In this document: in pieces, positions 51,477 through 64,000 of the stretch
Numbering within the stretch: position 1 is the first letter of the stretch
How the letters are laid out: each line of letters begins with the position of its first letter
Assembly (NCBI GenBank): GCA_032718475.1
Contig: JAUCBJ010000564.1
Span: 783-64,782 of the forward strand
DNA length: 64,000 nucleotides
From: Nemertoderma westbladi
Lineage: Eukaryota; Animalia; Xenacoelomorpha
Reading direction: 5' to 3'
The notes under the pieces: model-generated
The model's database searches: none
Told to the model about the DNA's origin: nothing
The model's input: the letters and a program-made list of their open reading frames with translations, nothing else
Made by a program: the position numbers and the translations under genes

Positions 51477-51752
51477 GTGGAGAGTATGGCTAGGAGTACA
51501 GCCAAGCTCGCTAAGTCCAAGGCGGATCCAAACATCACGCGACAGCGATTGGACACTTATAACAAAAGAGCGGAGGAGTTACGCGCGGAGTTCAAAGCGT
51601 TGTACCCCTACGATGCGTTATGCGACGCCAGCGACGTTTGCGAGAACCCCGAGCTGATATTAGCGCGTTGCCCAAACCACCAAAGTCTGCGTTACCAAGA
51701 AGGCGGTCGTTTCATTTCCCGGTATTCTAGAACCGCAGGCAACTCGACGTAG
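51477..51752 (+). CDS. Small ORF of unknown function between integrase and the 3' LTR
   Basis: GC-richer island with coding-like composition in an AT-rich 3' region; no recognised domain. Confidence 0.3.
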   Translation: MESMARSTAKLAKSKADPNITRQRLDTYNKRAEELRAEFKALYPYDALCDASDVCENPELILARCPNHQSLRYQEGGRFISRYSRTAGNST

Positions 51753-52499
51753 GAACCACCGACAGCTCGACACCGAAGTCCGAGCGCCAGTTCGATCCCG
51801 ACCACCACCCAATCGTATTAGAGGACGTGGACGAGCCGTTCGACCAAGGATTAGGAGAGCGAGATGAAGGAAGGAAGGCTTGCGAGCCTACCGATTGGAT
51901 ATTATATTTGGATATTATATTTGGGTATTTATATTTGAATATTATATTTGGTATTGTATTGGACGTTACGTTTGGATGTTGGTTTTGGAGGAGCGAGATA
52001 GAGAAGGAAGGCTTGTGAGCCTACCGTTAGCAATTAGTGCTCAGGAAAAGACATCCAGACCAGCAGGACGAACTATTCAGATCGTCAGGAGGACATTTTA
52101 AGACTTATTTGAAAGATTTTAACGCCTTATGTTTATTTTATATTTAGACTGATTTAATTTGGTGGAAGTTTATTATGTATATTTACAATATAAAGATTTA
52201 TTGAAAGATTGAAATTATTTGTTTGATTCGTTTGATTTATTTTGTTCTAATTTGTTTAATTTGTTTATCCCGATAACCAAAAGCCTTTTTTTTATTTTAT
52301 GCTCTAAAGTTGATTGGTAAATTTGTATTTTATATGTATGATGGATTGTATTTACGCTGTACCTGCAATATTAAGTATGCAATAATTAGATAGTGATCGT
52401 TTTATATTTTAGGCCCCACCAGTAGATTTAGAAGTATTTGTAAATAGTTTTGTATTTCGATTGGTGAAAACAGTCTTACTTACTGTTTTCATGGAGCGG

Positions 52500-54690
52500 T
52501 GATGAATTATTTCACTATAGAATAGCATTTGTAGTATAACGTAAAAACTTTCGAAAATCCGGCGCATTTTGATTAAGTTACAGTAATGTAATATGCCTAT
52601 TCATATTTGTATACATAAAACCCCTAATTACTCTCGTGGTGTAGTGGTCAGATGGTTAAGGCGTTGGTTGCATTACGTAGGTTACGAGTTCGAATCTTGG
52701 TCGGGAAATTTGTATTTTGGGGCAATTTATTTTCATTTGGTACAAATTGGTAAGCCAATGAGGTGCGTACAACGTATCGAACGATGAGTTAGGCCAATCA
52801 TAGGGCATGGAATATCTTATTGCTCCAATGTGAGGCCATGGAATACTCCAGAAGGTTCTAGTGAATTCTGTCCCAGATTTAGTATATAAAGGGCTGGTTT
52901 GCCTTCGGTTATCACTTGTAAAACACAATTGTATTTATCAGTTATCACTTCTTGTTGTCATTTCTTAACTAGTTTCTTGTTGAAACTGTGTTAAATCTGT
53001 TTGATTATTCTTTCGCTAAACTGTAAATACACTGTAAACTTCTGAACATGTTTTTCTTTGGTCCAACTTTGGGACAGCCAAACACCGGGAAGATGGCCGC
53101 CTAGACCGTTAGGCCGTCAGCAACGCAGGGAAAGGATGTCCACAACACGCTAGCGCCCACATTAACTTAGACCGCGCACCCCCTTCGCCCTTCGAAATAC
53201 TCCACATGCCATGCAGCGCCCGCTTTATGAGGAAGGTAAGACTTTGTTTGACGCCCTTGCCCGCCGTAAGACCTATAGATCAGGGTAAGCGTGACGCCGT
53301 CCTGGGACGCCGCAAAATTTAGGATCAAATAACTATATTTAGGCAGAACCCCTTTGTCAGTCCTGCAAACCCCTGGGTTACCTGTATACCTCACAGGTAT
53401 TGCGAGCTATTGCCGTTCGTCAGTACGCAAGTACATATTAGGTACGGACAGCATACGTTCCATAATTTAGTGATTTGTAGTACTGACTGTTTGGTACCGG
53501 TTCGCTCTGTAGAGCATACATTAGTACCCCCCCCCCCCCCCTGCCTGAAGTTGGTTATTTGATCAGGCAAGGAGTATTTCTGCTACTGGCACACCGCTTG
53601 GCCTAGGGAGGTTTTATTAATATCCTACCGCGCCTTGCCACGTACTGATAGGTATTGCTGCTAACTACCGCGGCAACAAAGTTCTAGAATCAAATTTGTA
53701 TACCAGATCAGCTAACGTACGGTAGCAATTAATCCCTATTTCTTATCTTACAACCAGAATCTGGTATTTGTGCCGATCACGGGTGTAGTTACTAACACCG
53801 TGGTTGCCCAGTTGAGTTGTGGATAGGAAGGAGAGAGCTTTGACATCATTTGTAAGTATAAAGTTCTACAAAACGCGACTAGCTTATTTTAGTAGCTAGC
53901 GCACGGTATTATTTCGGTCAGAAAATCACTAAAACCTAGTGAAAAGGTATACACCAAAATTGTTTTATTGTAACACACCCACACACACACGCCCTAAAAC
54001 ATATTTACCCTTAGAGTTCCTACTAGTTATAGCGTACTTTAGATCATTTTAGGCAAGTATATTTATCGTACTTTCGGTATTTGTAAAATTAGGATCAGAT
54101 ATTTAGTTACGGCATGAGAAGGAGTATTTCATTTTCGTTATTAAACTGTTGTTTTCTGCTCAGCAGTATTGTTACATTAGGCACGACCCCCTTTAGACTG
54201 ATTAAGGACTGAGATCAGTATTGTAACGCTAGGTCTGTAACCCACTTAGCTCGTATATAAACCATATAAATCACACCGCGGCAAGTTACTGTATTTAGGA
54301 CTGTCAGTGATAGTTAGGATTCGCTGCGCGGGGATTGTTTTCCCGTGAGTTTGGTCTGTTACTGTAACTGTACATCTGCCATACCGGTTAGAGGACAGGT
54401 ATCCTTTTGTCTAGTTCGTAGGCATTAGACCCGCCCACGTACATAGAATAGACACCAGGCTCTGCTCCTCGCCAGTAGTAGTTTGTCTGTTTGTTTAGAT
54501 ATCCTGGACTGGGATTTGTTGTCAGATACTGTACGAGCCCGTTTCATTACTAGAGTCTTACAGTAAGATACATCGTTACTAGGATCTGGTAAGCGGTATA
54601 CTACTGGACTTTACGGATAGAGATATTCTATAGCTTCGTATTAGTAGATTTGTAGGCTGTAGGGTAGTCCCTACCGTAGAGGGCACATCA
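52500..54690 (+). repeat. BEL-A 3' LTR (2191 bp, uninterrupted)
   Basis: Colinear with 27027-29140 plus 38227-38271. Confidence 0.95.
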
Positions 54691-57600
54691 ACGAGTTGTA
54701 CAGACAACGAGTTGTACAGACACGAGTTGTACAGACACGAATTGTAAGGAAACAAGTTGTACAGGCACAAGTTGTACAGACACGACTAGTGCAGACACGA
54801 GTTTTACAGATACGAGAACAAACACGAGTTGTACAGACACGAGTTGTACAGACACGAGTTGTACAGATACGAGTTGTACAGACACGAATTGTACAGATAC
54901 AAGTTGTACAGACACGAGTTGTACAGATACGAGTTGTACAGACATGAGTTGTGCAGAGACGAGTTGTACAGACACGAATTGTACAAACACAAGTTGTACA
55001 GGCACAAGTTGTACAGACACGAGTAGTGCAGACACTAGTTGTACAGACACGAGTATTGCAGACACTAGTTGTAGAGACACGAGTTGTACAGACACGAGTT
55101 GTTCAGACACGCGTTGCACAGACACGAGTTATACAGACACGAGTTGTACAGACACGAGAAGTGCAGACACGAGTTGTACAGATACGAGAACAAACACGAG
55201 TTGTACAGACACGAGTTGTACAGACACGAGTTGTACAGATACGAGTTGTACAGACAACGAGTTGTACAGACAACGAGTTATACAAACACGAGTTGTACAG
55301 ACACGAATTGTACAACACGAGTTGTACAGACACGAATTGTACAGACACAAGTTGTACAGACACGAGTTGTACAAATACGAGTTGTACAGACACGAGTTGT
55401 GCAGACACGAGTTGTACAGACACGAATTGTACAGACACAAGTTGTACAGGCACAAGTTGTACAGACACGAGTAGTGCAGACACTAGTTGTACAGACACGA
55501 GTATTGCAGACACTAGTTGTAGAGACACGAGTTGTACAGACACGAGTTGTTCAGACACGCGTTGTATAGACACGCGTTGTATAGACACGAGTTATACAGA
55601 CACGAGTTGTACAGACACGAGTTGTACAGACACGAGTTGTATAGACACGAGTTGTACAGACACGAGTAGTGCTGACAATAGTTGTAAAGACACGAGTTGT
55701 ACAAACACGAGTAGTGCAGACAATAGTTGTACAGACATGAGTAGTGCTGACAATAGTTGTAAAGACACGAGTTGTACAGACACGAGTTGTACAGACACGA
55801 GTTGTACAGACACGAGTTGTACAGACACGAGTAGTGCAGATAAAAGTTGTAAAGACACGAGTTGTACAGACACGAGTTGTGCAGACACGAGTTGTATAGA
55901 CAAGAGTTGTAGAGACACGAGTTGAAAAGAAACGAGTAGTGCTGACAATAGTTGTAAAGACACGAGTTGTACAGACACGAGTAGTGCAGACAATAGTTGT
56001 ACAGACACGAGTTGTACAGACACGAGTAGTGCAGATAAAAGTTGTAAAGACACGAGTTGTACAGACACGAGTTGTGCAGACACGAGTGTACAGAAACGAC
56101 TAGTGCAGACACAAGTTGTAGAGACACGAGTTGTATAGGCACGAGTTGTACAGACACGAGTTGTCCGGACACAAGTTGTACAGACACAAGTTGTACAAAC
56201 ACGAGTTGTACAGACACGAGTTGTACAGACACGAGTTGAGCAGACACGAGTTGTACAGCAACGAGTTGTACAGACACGAGTTGTAGAGACACGAGTTGTA
56301 CAGACACGAGTTGTACAGACACGAGTTGTACAGACACGAGTTGTACAGACACGAATTGTACAGACACAAGTTGTACAGGCACAAGTTGTACAGACACGAG
56401 TTGTACAGACACGAGTTGTACAGATACGAAAACAAACACGAGTTGTACAGACACGAGTTGTACAGACACGAGTGGTACAGATACGAGAACAAACACGAGT
56501 TGTACAGACACGAGTTGTACAGATACGAGAACAAACACGAGTTGTACAGATACGAGAACAAACACGAGTTGTACAGACACGAGTTGTCCGGACACAAGTT
56601 GTACAGACACAAGTTGTACAGATACGAGTACAAACACGAGTTGAACAGACACGAGTTGTACAGACACGAGTTGTACAGATACGAGTTGTACAGACAACGA
56701 GTTGTACAGACACGAGTTGTACAGACACGAATTGTACAAACACGAGTTGTACAGACACGAGTTGTACAGACACGAGTTGTACAGACACGAGTTGTACAGA
56801 TACGAGTACAAACACGAGTTGTACAGACACAAGTTGTACAGACACGAGTTGTACAGATACGAGTTGTACAAACACGAGTTGTACAGACACAAGTTGTAGA
56901 GACACCAGTTGTACAGACACGAGTTGTACAGACACGAGTTGTACAGACACGAGTTGTACAAACACGAGTTGTACAGATACGAGAACAAACACGAGTTGTA
57001 CAGACACGAGTTGTACAGATACGAGAACAAACACGAGTTGTACAGACACGAGTTGTACAGATACGAGAACAAACACGAGTTGTACAGACACGAGTTGTAC
57101 AGATACGAGAACAAACACGAGTTGTACAGACACGAGTGGTCCGGACACAAGTTGTACAGACACAAGTTGTACAGATACGAGTACAAACACGCGTTGAACA
57201 GACACGAGTTGTACAGACACGAGTTGTATAGATACGAGTTGTACAGACATGAGTTGTGCAGACACGAGTTGTACAGACACGAATTGTACAGACACAAGAT
57301 GTACAGGCACAAGTTGTACAGACACGAGTAGTGCAGACACGAGTTGTACAGATACGAGTTGTACAGACAACGAGTTGTACAGACACGAGTTGTACAGACA
57401 CGAATTGTACAGACACAAGTTGTACAGGCACAAGTTGTACAGACACGAGTTGTACAGACACGAGTTGTACAGATACGAGAACAAACACGAGTTGTACAGA
57501 CACGAGTTGTACAGACACGAGTTGTACAGATACGAGAACAAACACGAGTTGTACAGACACGAGTTGTCCGGACACAAGTTGTACAGACACAAGTTGTACA

Positions 57601-60600
57601 GACACGAGTTGTACAGATACGAGAACAAACACGAGTTGTACAGACACAAGTTGTACAGATACGAGTACAAACACGAGTTGAACAGACACGAGTTGTACAG
57701 ACACGAGTTGTACAGATACGAGTTGTACAGACAACGAGTTGTACAGACACGAATTGTACAGACACAAGTTGTACAGAGACGAGTTGTACAGATACGAGTT
57801 GTACAGACACGAGTAGTGCAGACACTAGTTGTAGAGACATGAGTTGTACAGACACGAGTTGAGCAGACACGAGTTGTACAGACACGAGTTGTTCAGACAC
57901 GCGTTGCACAGACACGAGTTATACAGACACGAGTTGTACAGACACGAGTAGTGCAGACACGAGTTGTACAGATACGAGAACAAACACGAGTTGTACAGAA
58001 AACGAGTTGTACAGACACAAGTTGTACGGGCACACTAGTTGTACAGACGCGAGTTGTACAGACAAGAGTTTTACAGACGAGTTGTGCAGACACGAGTTGT
58101 ACAAACACGAGTTGTACAGACACGAGTTGTACAAACACGAGTTGTACAGACACGAATTTTACAGAAACAAGTTATACAGACACGAGTTGTACAGACGAGT
58201 TGTGCAGACACGAGTTGTAGAGACACGAGTTGCACAGACACGAGTTGTACAGACACGAGTAGTGCAGACAATAGTTGTAGAGACACGAGTTGTAGAGACA
58301 CGAGTTGCACAGACACGAGTAGTGCAGACAATAGTTGTACAGACACGAGTTGTACAGACACGAGTAGTGCAGACAATAGTTGTAAAGACACGAGTTGTAC
58401 AGACACGAGTTGAGCAGACACGAGTTGTACAGACACGAGTTGTACAAACACGAGTTGTAGAAACACGAGTTGTACAGACTAGTTGTACAAACACGAGTTG
58501 TACAGACGAGTTGTGCAGACACGAGTTGTGCAGACACGAGTTGTACAGACACGAGTTGTACAGACACGAGTTGTAGAGACACGAGTTGTACAGACACGAG
58601 TTGTACAGACACGAGTTGTACAAACACGAGTTGTACAAACACGAGTTGAAAAGACACGAGTTGTACAGACACGAGTTGAGCAGACACGAGTTGTACAGCA
58701 ACGAGTTGTACAGACACGAGTTGTAGAGACACGAGTTGTACAGACACGAGTTGTACAGACACGAGTTGTACAGACACGAGTTGTACAGACACAAATTGTA
58801 CAGACACAAGTTGTACAGGCACAAGTTGTACAGACACGAGTTGTACAGACACGAGTTGTACAGATACGAAAACAAACACGAGTTGTACAGACACGAGTTG
58901 TACAGATATGAGTTGTACAAACACGAGTTGTACAGACACAAGTTGTAGAGACACCAGTTGTACAGACACGAGTTGTACAGACACGAGTTGTACAGACACG
59001 AGTTGTACAGATACGAGAACAAACACGAGTTGTACAGACACGAGTTGTACAGATACGAGAACAAACACGAGTTGTACAGACACGAGTTGTACAGATACGA
59101 GAACAAACACGAATTGTACAGACACGAGTTGTACAGATACGAGAACAAACACGAGTTGTACAGACACGAGTGGTCTGGACACAAGTTGTACAGACACAAG
59201 TTGTACAGATACGAGTACAAACACGAGTTGAACAGACACGAGTTGTACAGACACGAGTTGTATAGATACGAGTTGTACAGACATGAGTTGTGCAGACACG
59301 AGTTGTACAGACACGAATTGTACAGACACAAGATGTACAGGCACAAGTTGTACAGACACGAGTAGTGCAGACACGAGTTGTACAGATACGAGTTGTACAG
59401 ACAACGAGTTGTACAGACACGAGTTGTACAGACACGAATTGTACAGACACAAGTTGTACAGGCACAAGTTGTACAGACACGAGTTGTACAGACACGAGTT
59501 GTACAGATACGAGAACAAACACGAGTTGTACAGACACGAGTTGTACAGACACCAGTTGTACAGATACGAGAACAAACACGAGTTGTACAGACACGAGTTG
59601 TCCGGACACAAGTTGTACAGACACAAGTTGTACAGACACGAGTTGTACAGATACGAGAACAAACACGAGTTGTACAGACACGAGTTGTCCGGACACAAGT
59701 TGTACAGACACAAGTTGTACAGATACGAGTACAAACACGAGTTGAACAGACACGAGTTGTACAGACACGAGTTGTACAGATACGAGTTGTACAGACAACG
59801 AGTTGTACAGACACGAATTGTACAGACACAAGTTGTACAGAGACGAGTTGTACAGATACGAGTTGTACAGACACGAGTAGTGCAGACACTAGTTGTAGAG
59901 ACATGAGTTGTACAGACACGAGTTGAGCAGACACGAGTTGTACAGACACGAGTTGTTCAGACACGCGTTGCACAGACACGAGTTATACAGACACGAGTTG
60001 TATAGACACGAGTAGTGCAGACACGAGTTGTACAGATACGAGAACAAACACGAGTTGTACAGAAAACGAGTTGTACAGACACAAGTTGTACAGGCACAAG
60101 TTGTACAGACACGAGTAGTGCAGACACTAGTTGTACAGACACGAGTATTGCAGACACTAGTTGTAGAGACACGAGTTGTACAGACACGAGTAGTGCAGAC
60201 ACTAGTTGTACAGACACGAGTATTGCAGACACTAGTTGTAGAGACACGAGTTGTACAGACACGAGTTGTTCAGACACGCGTTGCACAGATACGAGTTATA
60301 CAGACACGAGTTGTACAGACACGAGTAGTGCAGACACGAGTTGTACAGATACGAGAACAAACACGAGTTGTACAGACACGAGTTGTACAGATACGAGTTG
60401 TACAGACAACGAGTTGTACAGACACGAGTTGTACAGACACGAGTTGTACAGACACGAATTGTACAGACACAAGTTGTACAGGCACAAGTTGTACAGACAC
60501 GAGTAGTGCAGACACGAGTTGTACAGATACGAGTTATACAAACACGAGTTGTACAGACACGAATTGTACAAACACGAGTTGTACAGACACGAATTGTACA

Positions 60601-61721
60601 GACACAAGTTGTACAGACACGAGTTGTACAGATACGTGTTGTACAGACACGAGTTGTGCAGACACGAGTTGTACAGACACGAATTGTACAGACACAAGTT
60701 GTACAGGCACAAGTTGTACAGACACGAGTAGTGCAGACACTAGTTGTACAGACACGAGTATTGCAGACACTAGTTGTAGAGACACGAGTTGTACAGACAC
60801 GAGTTGTTCAGACACGCGTTGTACAGACACGAGTTATACAGACACGAGTTGTACAGACACGAGTTGTACAGACACGAGTTGTAGAGACAAGAGTTGTACA
60901 GACACGAGTAGTGCTGACAATAGTTGTAAAGACACGAGTTGTACAAACACGAGTAGTGCAGACAATAGTTGTACAGACACGAGTTGTACAGACACGAGTA
61001 GTGCAGACAATAGTTGTAAAGACACGAGTTGTACAGACACGAGTTGTACAGACACGAGTTGAGCAGACACGAGTTGTACAGACACGAGTTGTACAGACAC
61101 GAGTTGTACAGACACGAGTTATACAAACACGAGTTGTACAGACACGAATTGTACAAACACGAGTTGTACAGACACGAATTGTACAGACACAAGTTGTACA
61201 GACACGAATTGTACAGACACGCGTTGAACAGACACGAGTTATACTGACACGAGTTGTACAGACGAGAGTTGTAGAGACAAGAGTTGTACAGATACGAGTA
61301 GTGCTGACAATAGTTGTAAAGACACGAGTTGTACAGACACGAGTAGTGCAGACAATAGTTGTACAGACACGAGTTGTACAGACACGAGTAGTGCAGATAA
61401 AAGTTGTAAAGACACGAGTTGTACAGACACGAGTTGTGCAGACACGAGTTGTACAGAAACGAGTAGTGCAGACACGAGTTGTAGAGACACGAGTTGTACA
61501 GAGACGAGTTGTACAGACACGAGTTGTGCAGACACGAGTTGTACAGTCACGATTTGTACAAACACGAGTAGTGCAGACATGAGTTGTACAGACACGAGTT
61601 ATACAAACACGAGTTGTACAGACACAAGTTATACAGACACGAGTTGTAGAGACACGAGTTGTACAGACACGAGGAGTGCTTACAATAGTTGTAAAGACAC
61701 GAGTTGTACAGACACGAGTTG
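54691..61721. repeat. 15-bp satellite array, right block, variant-rich with higher-order duplications
   Basis: Same consensus and orientation as the left block; blocks recur at ~2.03-2.06 kb offset (e.g. 57246 vs 59280). Confidence 0.98.
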
Positions 61722-64000
61722 TGATGAATTATTTCACTATAAGGTAGCATTTGTAGTTTAACTTTAACGTAAAAACTTTTGAAAATCCGACGTATTTTGA
61801 TTAAATTACAGTAATGTAATATGCCTATTCATATTTGTACACATAAAACCCTTAGGTACTCTCGTGGCGTAGTGGTCAGATGGTTAAGGCGTTGGTTACA
61901 TTACGTAGGTTACGAGTTCGAATCCCAGTCGGGAAATTTGTATTTTGGGGCCATTTATTTTCGTGTGGTGCTAATTGGTAGGCCAATGAGAAGCGTACAG
62001 CGTAGCGAATAATGAGCCAGGCCAATCATAGGGCATAAATTATCTTATTGCTCAAATGTGAGGCAGTGGAAAATTCTGTTAGGATTCCATGTCCCAGATT
62101 AGTGTAAGGGCTGGACTGCGTTGAACGATGAGCTGGGCCAATCATAGGGCACGACGCACTTCATTGCTCAATGGTGAAGCTGTGGAAAATTCTGTTTAGT
62201 TTCCATGTGCAATTTCTAGTATAAAAAGGGCCGTTTTGCCTTCGGTTATCACCTTCCGTTATAATTTCTTATAACGTTACTCTATCACTTTATTCTTGTA
62301 AAATTAGTTAATTCGGTTTCTTGTTGAAACTTACTTTGATAAATCCTTTGTTAAAACTGTAAATATACTGCAATTTCCTGACATGTTTTCTTTTGGTCCG
62401 ACTTCGGGACAGCCGAACACCAGGGAGATGTCAGCCTAGACCGTTAGGCCGTAAGCAACGCAGGGAAGGGATGTCCACAACACGCTAGCGCCCACATTTG
62501 GATTGACCGCGCACCCCCTTTGCCCTTCGAAATGCTCAACTTGCCATGCAGCGCCCGCTTTGTGAGAAAGGTAAGACTTTGTTCGACGCCCTTGCCCGCC
62601 GTAAGACCTATAGATCAGGGTAAGCGTGACACCGTACTGGACGCCGCAAATTTAGGATCAAATAATTATATCCAGACACCCCCCCTTTGTCAAGTCCTAC
62701 GAATCCCTGGGTTAACCTGTACTTCCTGCAGGTGCGAACTATTGCCATTCGTCAGTACGCGAGTACACATTAGGTACGGACAGCATACGTTCCATAATTT
62801 AGTGATTCATAGCACTGACTGTTTGGTACCGGTTCGCTTTGTAGAACGTACATTAGTACCCCCCCCCCCCTCCTGTCTGGAGTTAGCTATTTGATCAGGC
62901 AAGGAGTATTTCTGCTACCGGCACACTGCTTGGCCTAGGGAGGTTTTATTAATATCCTACCGCGCCTTGCCACGTACTGATAGGTATTGCTGCTAACTAC
63001 CGCAGCAACAAAGTTCTAGAATTAAATTAGTATACCAGATCAGCTAACGTACGGTAGCGATTAACCCCTATTCTTATCTTACAACCAGAATCTGGTATTA
63101 GTGCCGATCACGGGTGTAGTTACTAACACTGTGGTTGCCCATTGGGTTGTGGATAGGAAGGAGAGAGCTTTGACGTCATTCGTGAGTATAAAGTTCTACA
63201 AACGCGACTAGTTTATTTTAGTAGCTAGCGCACGGTATCATTTTAGTCAGAAAATCACTAAAACCTAGTAAAAGGAATTACACGAAATTGTTTTATTTGT
63301 AACACACCCACACACACACGCCCTAAAACATATCGCCCTTAAAGTCCTACTAGCTATAGCGTACTATACATTACGTTAGGTGGAAATTATCTGTATTTGT
63401 AAAATTAGGATCTGATTTAGTTGCGGCAAGATAAGGAGTATTTCACTTTCGTTATTAAACTGTTGTTTGTCTGGACAACGGTATTGTTACATTTAGGCCT
63501 GACCTTTTAGACTGATTTCGTACAGGGGGATCAGTTATTGTTACATTTAGGCACGACCTTTAGGCTGATTTCGACAGGGATGATCAGCATTGTTACACTA
63601 GGTCTGTTAACCACCTAGTTCGTATATAAACCATATAAATCACACCGCGGCAAGTTACTGTATTTAGGACTGTCAGTGATAGTTAGGATTCGCTGCGCGG
63701 GGATTGTTTTCCCGTGAGTTTGGTCTGTTACGGTAACTGTACATCTGCCTCACCGGTTAGAGGACAGGTATCCTTCTGTCTAGTACGTAGGCATTCGACC
63801 CGCTCACGTACATAGAATAGATACAAGGCTCTGTTCCTCGCCAGTAGTCGTTTGTGTACTATATCTGTTTGTTTAGATATCCTGGACTGGGATTTGTTGT
63901 CAGATACTGTACAAGCCCGTATACATTACTAGAGTCTCATAGTAAGATACATCGTTACTAGGATCTGGTAAGCGGTATACTACTGGACCCTTACAGTAGG
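61722..64000 (+). mobile_element. LTR of a second, diverged BEL-A-family element (runs off the window)
   Basis: Begins TGATGAATTATTTCACTATA directly after satellite ...GAGTTG; colinear with 52500-54615 with many substitutions and two internal duplications. Confidence 0.93.

Larger units (their letters stand above)
27027..54690 (+). mobile_element. BEL/Pao-type LTR retroelement 'BEL-A' (non-autonomous, with nested insertions) inserted in the satellite
   Basis: LTRs TGATG...CATCA at 27027-38271 (split by a 9-kb insertion) and 52500-54690; 5-bp TSD ACGAG at 27022-27026 and 54691-54695; BEL-type integrase; GGAGCGG just before the 3' LTR. Confidence 0.93.

Noticed and set aside
51373-52101. env gene downstream of integrase
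   Set aside because: The ORFs are too short, with no signal peptide or convincing transmembrane architecture.
54688-61761. Many overlapping repetitive ORFs
   Set aside because: Same satellite artefact.

Overview
Animal (probably marine invertebrate) genomic DNA running from gene-containing sequence into repeat-dense, heterochromatin-like sequence. 1-11 kb holds the first three coding exons of a minus-strand NOS1AP/CAPON PTB-adaptor gene, missed by the ORF track; its introns carry MITEs, a hammerhead-like motif and a full-length decayed RTE LINE. 13-22 kb holds two copies of a ~3-kb repeat with a tRNA-like cassette, associated with two CRE-like non-LTR fragments, one with an N-terminal Ulp1-type protease. 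22.5-61.7 kb is a 15-bp satellite (ACACGAGTTGTACAG) interrupted by a 27.7-kb BEL/Pao-type LTR element with 2.2-kb LTRs, an integrase and no RT. Nested in it are an RTE fragment, a gag-only BEL-like LTR element, a CR1-group LINE fragment and a near-intact GalEa-type Copia. A second, related BEL LTR enters the satellite at 61.7 kb. The main signal is that neither BEL-like element has a tRNA primer-binding site; the bases right after each 5' LTR are complementary to that element's own LTR, suggesting self-priming (strong for the gag-only element, weaker for the large one). All calls were made by eye; no searches or folding programs were run.
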